The notes below the pieces were generated by a model. The model saw only the letters and a program-made list of their open reading frames with translations. It had not been told where the DNA came from and searched no databases. A DNA stretch of 64,000 bases, taken from Vitrella brassicaformis CCMP3155. Its lineage: Eukaryota; Protista; Chromerida. Made by a program: the position numbers and the translations under genes. Every line of letters begins with the position of its first letter. Within the stretch, counting starts at the first letter, position 1. Shown here piece after piece: positions 12,884-25,983 of this stretch. The stretch is from contig CDMY01000471.1 in the NCBI GenBank assembly GCA_001179505.1, forward strand, positions 6,057 through 70,056. The letters are read 5' to 3'.

Positions 12884-13853
12884 ATGTCAGCGTCATCAGC
12901 GCGGGTGCTGTTCCCCTCGTTCTTCACGTTCGCATGCTTTGCGGTTTTTCTGTGGCCCCTGGTGCAGACCATGTGAGATATGGACACACGCTCGATGGAA
13001 ACAGACAGCACGATCCACCTCGTCTGTACGTTCGTCTGTTCGTCTGTCCGTCTGTGTGAGTTCAGCTACCTCACCACTGACGTCAACTTCAGATACTGGG
13101 TGGGCTACTGGATGCTTATCTGCCTGGCCCTGCCCGTCCTGTACCTCGCCACCTACGTCATGCACCTCGTCCGCACCCGGCCGTCGCGGTCGCTCATCCT
13201 GGCGAGTTTCATTGCAAGTTCCTGCCTCTTCAGTAAGCGAATGCACTTCTGATGGATGGATGGATGGATGTGTGTGTGGTGTAGTTGTGTTGGGTGTGGC
13301 GCTTCTCCTGTACTCTAGTGGACTGGGCGACCAGCTGCTGTCCACCGACTGCGCCACGTGGAAGCGCACTCGGCCCCTCGAGCAGACCTACCAGGATGCC
13401 AGGGAGCTGTACGCCTGCTGCCTCTCCGAGCATGGCGACAACTCACTCAGCCAATACTGCCCCGCACCCGCAACCGCAACCGCAACCTCACCCACAGCCA
13501 ATGGCACATCCAGCAGTAATGGGCGGCAGGACATCCTGGTGACAGAGTGCGATAGATATGAGGACCTCTACAACGACCACAAAGGTGATCTGGCCTACCT
13601 GGCGTACCTGGAGACCTCCTACTACTGCAGCGGCTTCTGCACTGTGGCCGAGCGGCCGCTCTTCACCCGCACCCTCCAAGGCAACGACGCGTGTGCCGAG
13701 GCGGTGGCGAGCGTGATACGGTCCAAGGTGGATTTCCACGCGGTGCAGATGATCAGCTATGGGGGCATTACGCTGGTGCTGTTTCTGGCGTGGCTGGGCT
13801 TTACCAACAAGACGCTGAGGTTCCTCTCGAGGGACCAGTCGCCGCTCTACTGA
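12884..13853 (+). CDS. Tetraspanin-like 4-TM protein (alveolate type), 3 exons
   Basis: Three N-terminal TM helices, a large Cys-containing loop with YLETSYYCSGFC and a further C (DAC), then a fourth TM. Two GT-AG introns restore the frame. Confidence 0.75.
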
Positions 13854-13929
13854 CCGACTGACTGCTTCGGATGAATCCTCCCTCTTCTATCGCAATGAAG
13901 ATCATCGTTAGAGAGGGTGCATATATATG

Positions 13930-14229
13930 NNNNNNNNNNNNNNNNNNNNNNNNNNNNNNNNNNNNNNNNNNNNNNNNNNNNNNNNNNNNNNNNNNNNNNN
14001 NNNNNNNNNNNNNNNNNNNNNNNNNNNNNNNNNNNNNNNNNNNNNNNNNNNNNNNNNNNNNNNNNNNNNNNNNNNNNNNNNNNNNNNNNNNNNNNNNNNN
14101 NNNNNNNNNNNNNNNNNNNNNNNNNNNNNNNNNNNNNNNNNNNNNNNNNNNNNNNNNNNNNNNNNNNNNNNNNNNNNNNNNNNNNNNNNNNNNNNNNNNN
14201 NNNNNNNNNNNNNNNNNNNNNNNNNNNNN
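13930..14229. other. Assembly gap (300 N)
   Basis: N run. Confidence 0.99.
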
Positions 14230-16295
14230 CTGGGGCAATCTATCTGTCTCTGTGGAGCGAGCGGTGGACGAATCAATCGACTAGTTAAGGGACTAGCAGT
14301 AGATAGTAGGTAGTAGTAACACCACCGGATCGATGCGTCTGGTCTGTCAATAGCTGTCACTCAAGGTCAACACACACACACACACACACACGCATCCATC
14401 GCATCGCACACCGTTCTGTAAGTAATTATAACAGCCGGGGAGAGAGCGAGAAACAAACGGACACACACATAGGAGATCCCCTCAAGCAGCAGGTAAGAAT
14501 GTAGGCAGGCGGGTAGGTAGACACGAGAGGCATCTGTCTGTCTGTCTGTCTGTCTGTCAGCCGACACACACGGACGGATGAAGAAATGCACCCACACCAA
14601 CACATCCACCACCAACACACACACACACACACACGCGCGCGCGCTCATACTGGAAGCAGCTGTGCTGTGCTGTGTTGTGCTGCGCGTACGCGCACGTACA
14701 CACTCACTGCACCATGAATGGAATGAATGGTACCGTAGCGCCGTGGGGCGGGTGGGTGGGCGGGCGAGAAACAAGTTACACAACCAACCACATACACATC
14801 GAGTCGAGCGAACCTCCCCGTCTCGGCTTCACACACACAGGTATGCATGCATCGCCGTTAGATAGACAAGTAAGTACCATCACTCCCATATCGAGGACGA
14901 GAAATGTACGCAGGCAGGCACTTATATAGCCAGCCCTGTCTGCCTGCCTCATCGTATGCATCCCATGCCATGCCTTCTCAAGATACATACTGCGAACCAA
15001 ACCAACGGTTGGCAAGTTAGGTTGGGTCGGTGTGTGTGCGATGCGATACGGTGCGACGGAAAAGCGGACATCACGTCACAGGGTGGGTCGGTGGGGTGGG
15101 TGTCTGCACCGTCCTTCAATCAGCAAGCAGGGCAAGTTAGTATCGTGTGTGTGTTGACCAAACAGAGGTGAGGAAGAGAGGGAGGGACGATCGGTTCTCT
15201 CCCTCTCGGTATACGCAACACCAGCACGCCCCCCCCACCAACACATGCAGCGCAAAAAAACTGCCACCGACCTCGCCCCCCACTGGCAATCCCTCCCTCC
15301 CCGCCAGCCCACAGCGCTATACCCATCCCACCCACCCAGGCATAGCCAACAGCAGCACTACCACCACCACCACCAGCAGCAGCACCAGCAGCAAAAACCG
15401 CTCACAACTACGGCCGTCTCCCCTGCCTCCCGGGCTCCCTCTCTCTCTGCGCCTCTCTGCCTGCCAATTCAATGTGCCCATGTGTGTGTGTGTGTGTGTG
15501 TATGTGTGTGTGCAAAATCCACCAGCAGCAAGCATCATCCATCGACCGACCGGCCAAGCAAGCAACCAACCTGGCTCACCCACTCATTCACGCATCCGCA
15601 GTGGGAAAAATACGTGACGGTCTTCCTTCCGAGCCGAGCAGGTGTGACAAAAAGAGGGCCCCACACACAGACAGAAAGAGAGACAGACAGACAGAAAGAG
15701 ATAGGTAGAAGAGGGAGATAGATACATACACACATACACACATACACGGAATGCAATGCGCACACAAAGAGATCTTCGCTGGCTGGTTGGCTGCTTGAAA
15801 TCCAAGGCAAGGCGAATTCAACCGTCTGTCTGATCTGATCTGCCTCCCAGTGGCCAAGCACCCCATTGGCTGCTCTGCTCGGCTCGGCTCGGCTCGGCTC
15901 GGCTGGGCGGCCTGGACGCGCGCCTCGCTCACTCGCTGACATGTATGGACTGCCCTTAAAGCCTTCTGTCGTTCAAAAGCAATACACTTGCAGGCACGCA
16001 CACACCCACACCCAAACCCCCCTCCAATGCATGCCAAGCCAGCAAATATGCTCTCAAACACACGCACGACACGCACTCGACACAAGAAGCCGACCAGCCA
16101 ACCAAGGGATATTTACAACAAACACACCAAACACACAGGCCGTGACTCCCTCGGTCGTTATGAGCAAGTACCCACACCCCGCCCCGCCCAGCCTCCCCCC
16201 AACCCAGCCAGCCAGCCGAACCCGACCAAAAACGACCCACCCAGAGTATCCCGAAACAAAACCACCGACTGCCCCAGTGTCCCCGGTTCCCTCCC

Positions 16296-19200
16296 TCACG
16301 GTGAAGTCTCGCTCTTGCCGCTCGCAGACTGACCGCTCGCCGTCGTGGCCTCGCCCCAACCCTTGTCTGGCGCGGCAACAGGCACCGCACCGTTAGTCGC
16401 CACACCACCAGCCACAGCCACACCACCGGCCGCAGCCGCACTACTCGCCCCCCGTGCACTGGACGGAGGTCTCGGCTTAGGCGGCCGTGAAGACGTGCCA
16501 GCCGCCGGGGGCGCCGATATGGTCAGCACGGGGGCGTTGTGGGCAGGGGCGAGGGAGATGGGCGGGCTGAGCGGCACCGCGCCGTTGACGATGACCGGCA
16601 GGGGGGTCTCATGCTCGCTTTCCCGGTCCCACACGCTGGCCCCGTTGGTTGTGGTCTTGGGCACGGCCGAGCTCGGCCGGGAGCCGCCCCCCGACCCTCC
16701 TCTCTCATACGAGTCGTAAATTGGCACGGCAGACGCAGGCTGAGACGGGGTGGGGGTGGGGGTGCGCCGTGTGCGTGACCGTCCGAAGGGAAACCCGCAG
16801 CCCCGGTGAGGAGCGGGGTCCTCGTCGGGATCTGGCGGCAGAGTGGGGCTCGATGGCTCGCTCATCTGGCAGATCTGCCTGCCGTCGCCCCCGGGGGGGC
16901 TCACGCGGGGGTTGTCGGCCGACAGCCGATGGGGGTCCGCAATGGTGACGTGCAGGTCGGGTGTGCGGGGGTTTTTGCGACCACCCTCGCCTGAGGCTGA
17001 TGGTGAGAAGGAGCGGAATGAGCGTGAAGGGCTGCTGGCGTTGGAGGCAGCCCCGAGGCTGCCCCCCTGCTTGACCAGACGGCGGAGCTTCTTGACCAGC
17101 CGCTGACACAGGCGGTTCTCTTCATTGAAGAAACCACCCTGCACACCAGCCAGTGACCAACACACCGACACATCCATCCAGCCATTCTCCCAGGCACCCC
17201 ATTCTCTCCGTTGTTTCTCTCTCACCACGTGAGCGTTGATGGAGCCCTCCTCCGCCCCCCCTCTGGGCCTGAAGAGCTGCAGGGATATGGGTCCCTTGCG
17301 GCCCTCCATCTTCTGCTGCAGCAGCTTGAAGGGCGTGTTGCCCGAGTCGTCAGGCTTGGCGGGGTCGGCGCCGCGCTCGACGAGCAGGTCTGCGATGGCG
17401 TACTGGCCGAAGTAGACAGAGTACATCAGGGCCGTCCGGCCGTGGCTGTCAGCCTGGTCGTAGTCCAGGTGTTGACCTGTGGTGGGTGGGAAGAGAGGCA
17501 AGAAACGCTTTGTTGGGTGTGTTTGTGTGTGTCTTGGGAGGGGCGTGTGGTGTGGTGTGGTGTGCACCCACCTTTGGCCATGATGAGGTTGGCCATGGTG
17601 TGGTTGCGGCAGCGGATCGAGGAGATCAGCGGGGTCTCCTGACCGACCAACAGACCAATCAGACCAATCACATGCATCGTATCGCACCGCATCGTTTGTG
17701 GATCCGTCCTTCACACACACACGTACCCCGTTCTTGGTCTCGGCCGCATTGACATCGGCCCCAGACGTCAACAACACCTCAGCAACAGATGCCTGACACA
17801 CACACACACACACACGCACACACACACATATCAACGACACACCTTCCTTAATGTAAGGTGATATGATGATGAGCGTCCAGCCCACAGACACAGACAGACA
17901 CACATACCCACCCTGTTCTCGAGGCATGCGATGTGCAGTGCGGTCCTGCCCTTGCCGTCACGGAGGTCCACGTCCGCACCCTTACGCAGCAGCAGCTTGA
18001 CACACTCAACGAAACCTACACACACACACATGCAGGTGGAGTGGGCAAGGTGAGTGAGGCAGACAGACAGGCGGGGCGGCATGTGCAGTGCCTAGTGCCT
18101 AGTGCTCAGTCCTCACTCACCCCCGTTGGAGGCCAGGTGAACGGCGGCCAGGCCGTCGTGGCCACGGGCGTTCACATCCACACCTGACACACCGACCGAC
18201 CGACCGACCAATCCATCTCTCTCCCTCTCTCCCTCTCGTGTGTGTGTCTGCCCGTTGTTAAGTACCTCGTTCGATGAGGAATGCGAGCACCTTGGCCCTG
18301 CCCAGCCTGGCGGCCTGGATGTGCGGCAGCGACCACAGAGGGTGCTCACGGTGGAGCAGGTCCGGGTGACGACTCACCTGGCCATCCACAACACAACACA
18401 ACACAACACAACACGAAACAGCACAAGGCGACACGACACACACGCATCGGTAAGAGAATGATGGCGTACGTGTCTGTGTGTGTCAGGGACGGGACGGGGC
18501 GTGGCGTACCAGTGTGTTGATGCCTTTGAGGTTGCCCCTGAGTATGGCGCAGGTGAGCACGTCGGTCAGCACCCACCGCTTGCTGGCGCGAGAACCCGCA
18601 CCGAAGTCGAGAAACGTTTCCAACCAACCTGCACGCACACACGCTGCCTTAACTCCCCTCCCTCTCTCTGTCTGTGTCTCTGTGGCTCACTTGGGTTCTG
18701 CTGGTACGCGAGAAGTGTGGGCGTGTAGTGTGAGGGGTCCGACCAGTTGGGGTTGCCCCCCGCCTGCAGGAGCTTGATAATGATCTCGTCAATGTTGCAG
18801 CCAGACCCGTGACCACCGCCAGCAGCAGCACCCGAAGCAGCTGGGCCCATGGTCTCCCTGTAACCGCTCCACCGCCGCGTGTGCGAGCACCGAGCCGTCA
18901 CAGGACTGGCCACAGAGCTCTGGGCACCATCCTGCTGGACGTCAGCAGGTGGTGGCGGTGGTGAGGGTGGGGGGTCACTGGTGGTGGTCTCGACGTCAGC
19001 GGGCGAGAGGGGGGATGGCGGTGAGGGAGGGGAGGAGTGTGGGGCCTGGGTGCCGGCTGCAGCGGCCAGGGGGTTGGGGCGGTGGTGGCTGCGGTGGACC
19101 AGCAGGCGGCTGCGGCCCTCGCACGCTATGAACAGGGGAGACTTGTACCTGATTCATGTGTGTATCAGTGTCAGGGAGAGAGAGTGACACACGGACATTT

Positions 19201-19323
19201 CGCAGGGGTCTGTGAGGGTGCTTGTGTACGTTTTGATGGCCGGGGCTGCGGCGTCGAGGACCGCGCCGCGCTTGATCAACAGGTCAATCATGTCGCAGTT
19301 CTCATTCTGAACACCACAACAGC

Positions 19324-19361
<38 letters not shown>

Positions 19362-21168
19362 AATCGTGATCAACCGTGATCTTGCCCATGCACTCACTCA
19401 CCCGAATGGCGTGTTCCATGGGCGAGATGCAACTCAGCGAATAGGGGTTGGGGCTGCCACCTGACACACACACATACACACATACACACATACACACATA
19501 CACACAGACACACACACACGAAGAGGCATCCAACGATGTCTTCTGAAACACGAACTCTCCCTCCCTCCCTCCCTCCCACCGCCCCATCCATCCACCGTCG
19601 TACGTACCTCCCATGAGCAGCGTGGTGCAGATGTCGAGTTGGTTGGTCTCACAGGCGACGCTCATGGGCGAGCGGCCGAGGAAGTCCCAGATGTCGAGCT
19701 TGGCGCCTGCCGAGAGGAGGAGCTTGACCATGGGGCCGTCTCGGTTCTCGATGGCGACGGTGAGGGGGTAGGCCCAGCTGTCGCACTCGCCGTAGTGGCA
19801 GCTGCAGGGGCTGTTGACCAACACGTTGCCACCCTGACACACGGAGGGATCATGAGATGGGGGACACATGGCTAGATGGATGGCTAGATGGATTTTGTGT
19901 CGACGCACCTACCTTGTGTTTCATCAGGTGCAGGAGGTAATACTTCTTGAACTCGGTGTCCTCGGCAACCTCCTCCCACTTAACACAACAACACAGCGAC
20001 ACAACGCAGCGGCATGTGTATGTCTCTCTGTCTGTGTCACAGTCACACACGAACGACGCACCTTCTGCTCAAACGCTTGTATGGCCCTCTCCGCCTCCCG
20101 GAGGTCCTTCCTGTGCACGGCCGCCTCGAAGGCCGCCCTGTGTGGCTCCAGCCTCACCTTGTCGATGAGGCTCTTCATCGCCCACGTGCCGCACATGCCG
20201 ATACGCGGGTGCACCTTCAACGCTCGACTCCGCTCTATGATGAAATGCGCTACCTGCACACACACACAGGGAGGGAGGGATGTCTTAAGAGGCGCCCTCT
20301 GCTGTCTGTGCTCCCCCACCCTCCCCCCCACCCGGCTTGCTTACCCTTTCCACCGCCCCGAGAGACAGTCGCGTGAATGCTCCCGAGAACTGGTGGAATG
20401 CCGGCCACCTGTCCTTGGTGAGCTGCTCCAGGATGGGGGCGCCCGTGAGGTCCTTGGAGCGGCAGCACTTCATCGAGAGGTGCTCGAGTCGGGGCATGTG
20501 TGTGGTCAGCATGGTCTCCAGCCCCTTGTCGGTCAAAAAATGGCAGAAGTCGAACGCCAGCATGCGGACGTTGGTGGCGACGGTGCGCTGGGGGGTCTTG
20601 AGGGGCAGCGTCAAAATGAGCGCGATGGACGGATCCTTGAGCTGGTTGAGCTTCGACAGGTTCAGCAGAGACTGGGCGGTCTCGTCAGTGACCGACAGCA
20701 CCAGCGGCAGCACCTCGGTCGTCACAAAAGCGGGGTCATAGCCCTGGAAACCTGCACACCAATCAGTCAGTCACAATGAATGAAATGACGGCATCCTCTC
20801 CCTCTCTCCCTCTCTCCCACTGTCCCTCTCTCCCGTCAGTACCCACCGGAGAAGTTGAGCTGCCTGACGGTCCATGTCTTGTGGTAGAGCCGTCTGCAGC
20901 ACATGCGCACCGTCAGCAGCGACCGCACGTCATAGAACTGGGCGCACAGCCGCAGCAGCACCAGCGTCCACGTCATCGTCTCCTCCCGCCCAGACGAAGC
21001 CTGCGACCCCTCCCCCTCCTCCGAATCGTTGAAAGTGCCCCTGTCGCGCTTGTTGGCCTCCGAGTCGCTGTCCGTCAGGGCGTTGCTCTGGTTGGCATGT
21101 ATCTGGCTCACACTCGGCACCGGGTGGAGCCGATTGGTGAAGTGGGTCGATATCGACGTTTCCGACAT
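16296..21168 (-). CDS. F-box-like / leucine-rich repeat / ankyrin-repeat protein, multi-exon
   Basis: LLRLCAQFYDVRSLLTVRMCCRRL (F-box-like); LAFDFCHFLTDKGL and LEHLSMKCCRSKDLTG (cysteine-containing LRR); several ankyrin repeats (YPLTVAIENRDGPMVKLLLSAGA, GRTALHIAC, GRTALMYSVYFG); disordered tail ending ETSP*. Confidence 0.8.
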
Positions 21169-21607
21169 GATGCTGTCGTGCTGCGGTATCTGTTGGGTAC
21201 GTCTTGGGTAGACGGGATTGCGGGGTGGTGGGATGCCCTCTGTTGGCTCAGAGGTCGGGAGGGTCGTCCTCAGTCATTTCTCTCTGGGTCAGGAATCCGC
21301 CAACAACCGGTACGTACGGGCCGTGCTCCCCGGTCCGCCGGGGCAGTGTCGCGACAAAACCGCACAAAGACGTTATCACTGCCGTGATGCCTTCACACTC
21401 CAGGTGTGTGTGGCTACTCACTCACCTAGGCCGTCGCAAGTTCTTCAGCTCGCAAAAAAGCTCGCCATACTCTGTGGAGAAAAGGCCCTATCACAACACC
21501 CACCACGGGGGCAGCACCAGCCATGTGGGTGCCGTTTCGACGAAAAGATCTTCAGTGATCTCATTTCATTTCTGCCGGACATCTGTGTGAGGCGCACCAA
21601 TCTCTCC

Positions 21608-24531
21608 ATGACCACCACGGCAGCGCCGAGGTAGAGGACGAGGCAGACGAGGGAGAAGGGGAGGGAGGGAGGCACAGGGCGGGCTGAAGGACGAGCGAGC
21701 CGAGATCTGTGCTGTGTGCATGTGTGTCGGTCGGTGCCTCCTTGTCTGCAGGAACGTCAAGGCCAAGAAGCGGAGGAAGGAGAGGGAAACGCCATGGTAC
21801 AAGGTGGGTACGTCTGTGAGCCTCATGCATCAGCGACACACCCGAGACACACACTGGCGGGACACATGCGCATGCATTGCATGCAGGTGTTGGCGGGTGC
21901 GGTCATCTTGGTGGCTCTCGCTGTCGGCGTCTACTTCATGCCCAGCGACAAGGTCAGGGAGGGAGGGAGGGAGAAGGAGAGAGGGAGGGAGAGAGAGAGA
22001 GGGAGGCGGACACACCGGCGCCAGGACCGAGACAGCATTCTCTTCCATGTGTGTGTGGTGTGGTGTGGTGTGGGCATGCAGCACTTGGCTGTGCGTGAGC
22101 TGATCCGGACGTATGGGGGCTACATGTACACCACAGACACAACGCTCGACGGCAAACCGGTCAGTCAGTCACCCCACCCCACCCCACACATTCCGCCCGC
22201 TGACTCACTGTGTTGTGTGTGTGCGTTCATCAGAGTGTGGCGGCGTCGCGGTTCGTGCCGGCCAACACTGCGATAGCGTTTGTGCCGGTGGAGCTGGCGC
22301 TCAACTACAACCACACCGACGCCGCCGCACTGAGGCTGGAGCTGCACCAGGCTGTGCAGTTCAAACAAATCGGTGAGGCAGTGGGGGACAGTGGATGTCC
22401 TGGCGTGTGCTGTGTTGACGGGATGGGGGTCGTGTTGTGTTGTGTGTGTGTCCGTTCAGATCTGTGGAATGCAGCTGTGCTGTCGCTCATTGCTGAGAGG
22501 CGCAACACATCATCCTTCTGTAAGCGGCCGCAAGCGATGCCCAACAGTCTCCTCTCCTCTGTGTGTGTGTGGAGGAGATACGGACACCAACCGCACGAAT
22601 GGCGCTGTGCCTGTGTCTGCGGTGGGCTGGTGGTTGGTCAGACAAGGCGTGGCTGAACTCGCTGCCGAAGGAGTTCCCCTTCTCCTACTTGTTCACGAAG
22701 GAACAGAAGAAGGTGCTCAAAGGTACGTAACGTTTGCAAGACAGCCTAGCCTGCAGGTGACAGACAGCACACTCCTCGCGCCTGCGTCACGTCACCCCCA
22801 CAATGCAGTGCGTTGATTGCAATCACTGCAGGCACCCCTGCAGAGCCCTTCTTCAGCATGCATGACCGATACATTGACCAAATCACCACGGTACGGTAGG
22901 CAGGCAGGCAGGCACCAACACCGGCAGACGCGACACGCCACGCCGCCCTGGTCGTGACACGCCACGCCTGTCTCTGTCTCGATATTATTTATGGTTGCAG
23001 GCGGGTCGCACGCTGGACTTCTTCGTCAATTACCCCGACCCAGAATACGACTCAGGTCCCCCCCCCCCGTTCACTCAGACAGACAGGGCGGATGAGACCA
23101 GAGAGGCGGCCAGGCAGGTGGACATTCTTGCTTGATGTGTGCAGGGATATCGCTGGACGAGGCGGCGTGGGCCGTCGGTGCGGGCATACACATGATGTGG
23201 GGTACGTGACGTGTCTGCAGAGAGAGACACACTAGACCGCCAGCCATATGGAATGCAATGCAATGCTCGGTTGATTGGTTGGTATGTGTGTGGCGTGTCT
23301 GTGTCTGTGCAGGTGACTCGTTTGTGCCTGGTCCGCTGGATCAGATGCGCTTCCACTGGGACCCCGACAAGTGCGTCGAGCCCATGATGAAACCACAGGC
23401 CTTCGGGGGCACACTCGGTAGGTAGACACACACACACACACAACCAACGTGGCCTGGCCACACACATGTGGTTGCCTTGTCCATCCGTCCATCCATCCAT
23501 CCATATGTGCAGGCTACGTGCTGGTCTCCCCGCGTGACATCAACAAGGGCGAGCACGTAAGTGAGCAGCACGGCAACCATTTCATTTGTGTGTGCCTTCC
23601 TTGCCACACACACCTCTCTGTGTGTGGGTGCGGTGCAGTTGTTTCAGTTCAAGGGTCGTCTGTCGAGCGGCGAGTCTCTGGCGCTGCTGGGGTATGTCCT
23701 GCGGGACAACCCCCTCGTCATGACGAGCAGACTGGACCTGCCGCAGGACACCGTCACTGACAAGAAGACATGGGCCCAGATACTCACACAGGTAACAAGT
23801 CAGACAACCGATGAATGGCATGGAAGCGATGGATGTGTGGGTGGGTTGTGGGTGGTGTGTGTGGTGGTTTGCAGGTGTCCGAGTGCAAGCCCGATGACCT
23901 TCTGAAGATCCCCTTCCACGACGCCGAGCAGCTGGTGCCCGAGAAGAACCTCAAGTGCATCACACTGCTCATGCTCAACCACACACAACTCAGCGTAAGG
24001 TCACCCCAACCAGCCCCCAACCGACCCCCTCATCCATCCATCCATCCACATGTATGTGTACAGGCGGATCACCAGGCGCGCGACGCCATCACGTTCTTCG
24101 ACGTGTGGCCACGTGTGGCCGACCTGGCGCATCCCGACTGGCTGACCACTGAGCGCGAGCTGTACGAGAGCATGCAGGAGAAGTGCAGGTACGGCCTCGC
24201 GGCCGTCCTGGACGTCAACCCAGGTGGGCTCATGGAGGGGAGGGGGAGGGAGAGCGAGGGAGGGAGGTCATGGTGTGGTGTGGTGTGTCTGTCGGTGTGT
24301 GGTGTGTGTGCAGATGTGGTGCAGACGCTTGAGAAGCAGACCGACTCGATATCGCAAGACGCCGTGTTTGTCAGGTGGGTGAGAGGGTGGGTGGACTGAC
24401 GTGACAGACGTGGGTACGTCTTCCTTCTGGTGCTCGTTGTGTTGTGCATTGCGTGCAGGCGCCAGCTGCTGTCAGTATTGGAGAGGTGTCAGGGCTTCTT
24501 CCAGACACGCATCGACATGCTGCCCAAGTGA
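21608..24531 (+). CDS. SET-domain protein of the Rubisco LSMT/SETD3 family with N-terminal signal anchor, multi-exon
   Basis: MTTTAAPRNVKAKKRRK, then TM VLAGAVILVALAVGVYFM. YKAWLNSLPKEFP..KVLKGT, PRDINKGEH and LLGYVLRDNP are LSMT-family motifs; ends RIDMLPK*. Confidence 0.75.
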
Positions 24532-25983
24532 GTGGAGGGAGGGACCCCACAACACAGCCACACTTACCCACACACACCGCCACACACACCGCCCCGCTCT
24601 CTCTGATGCAGGCCCCGTGCAGTCCCTCCCAGCCCCTCTCCCGTTGCCGAGGCGCCTTCTGTTGTGGAGGAGTCTCGTGAGGGCCCCGCTGCTGTCTCAT
24701 GACCATGGCTGGCTGTCTGTGCGGGCTGTGCGTGTGGGTTGCTGTGGCGTCTGTCTGTCTTGCTTTCGTGGCCTTTTTTCGTCTTTTTGGAGGGAGGGAG
24801 GGAGGGAGGGCTTTCCAAGGGTGGGAGGGGAGGGGCAGGGGGGGAGGGGAGGGAGGGGACTGTATAGCGTTTTCTGTGCGTGTCATGTGTTGTATTGTGT
24901 TGTTCACTGGTCGCTATGATTCCGATTGGAAGCGAAGGCAGCGACGTTTAGTCTGGCTTTCTTACTCATTCGCTCACTGTCTACTGCATGCTGTACGTGC
25001 GCATGGATGGATGGATGGATGGCGATTTTTCTTTCCTTGTCGTGTGGTGTGGGGTAAGCATCTCTCTCTCTCTCTCTCTCTTGTGTTGTCATGAGGTCTG
25101 TACGGTCGAGGTCGATGGTTTGTCAGTCAGTCAGTCAGTCAGTCGTGTGGTGAGGCGTTCAAATCTCACCCTGTGGCAGCCCCATAAGAGTCCACCCGCA
25201 GCCCGAAGCAAGCACTGGACTGCTTCTACACACACACACACACACACTCACACACCCACCTGGATGCTCACACATGCACACGTCCCCCCCTCTCTATGTG
25301 CCACCAGCACCGCACACAAGACGCCTTTCTGTCTCTTTTTCCACAATGAAACGTGCGCTGTTTTCTCAGTCGCTGCCCCGTATACGTCACACACACACAT
25401 CGTGCGCTGACCGGCTGAAGAGGTCGGTCAGCCATGTGTCGGGATCTGACACACACACGCAGCATGTGTGCGCTTGATGCACACATGGCTTTTTCCAGAC
25501 ACCCCGCGCGCATCGGTGCGTGCGGACACACACATGGCGGCTCTCCGCTCAGCGGAGAGGGCAGCCAGTGCAAAGGACGGCGTGGCGCGGCGCGGCGCGG
25601 CAGCCGCTGCCGCTGCCTGTCGTTGGGAGGTGGCTCTCTTTCTGGCGCGATTGTTGTGTGCGCGGTATCTTGTCGTGTCGAGTGTCGCGTGGCGCCCTCT
25701 GGATGGCAGGCAGGCTCACAGACAGGCAGGCACAGAGGCTGCACAGAGAGACCTGGGCGAGGGGTACTCTGCTGGTGCGAGCGAGGAGGTGCCGTGTCGT
25801 GTCGGGTGCGTCGGGCTTGACGTGCAGTGCAGTTCGTGCATGCCTGCATCGGAGAGAGAGGCGGCCAGAGGACGACGGACAGACGGACAGACCAGCAGCA
25901 CAGGACAGCCAGAGGAATGGGAGGGCCATCTCGGCGGAGCCAGCCCCTGTGGAGAAAGGGAGCTGTGCCCACAGACCCACAGA

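Noticed and set aside
14230-16290. Numerous 60-170 aa ORFs in intergenic and intronic DNA (also 500-2000, 24600-27800, 36700-38100, 54600-57200)
   Set aside because: They are translations of microsatellites (VCVC, THTH, DRQT, GREG) or antisense shadows of real exons.
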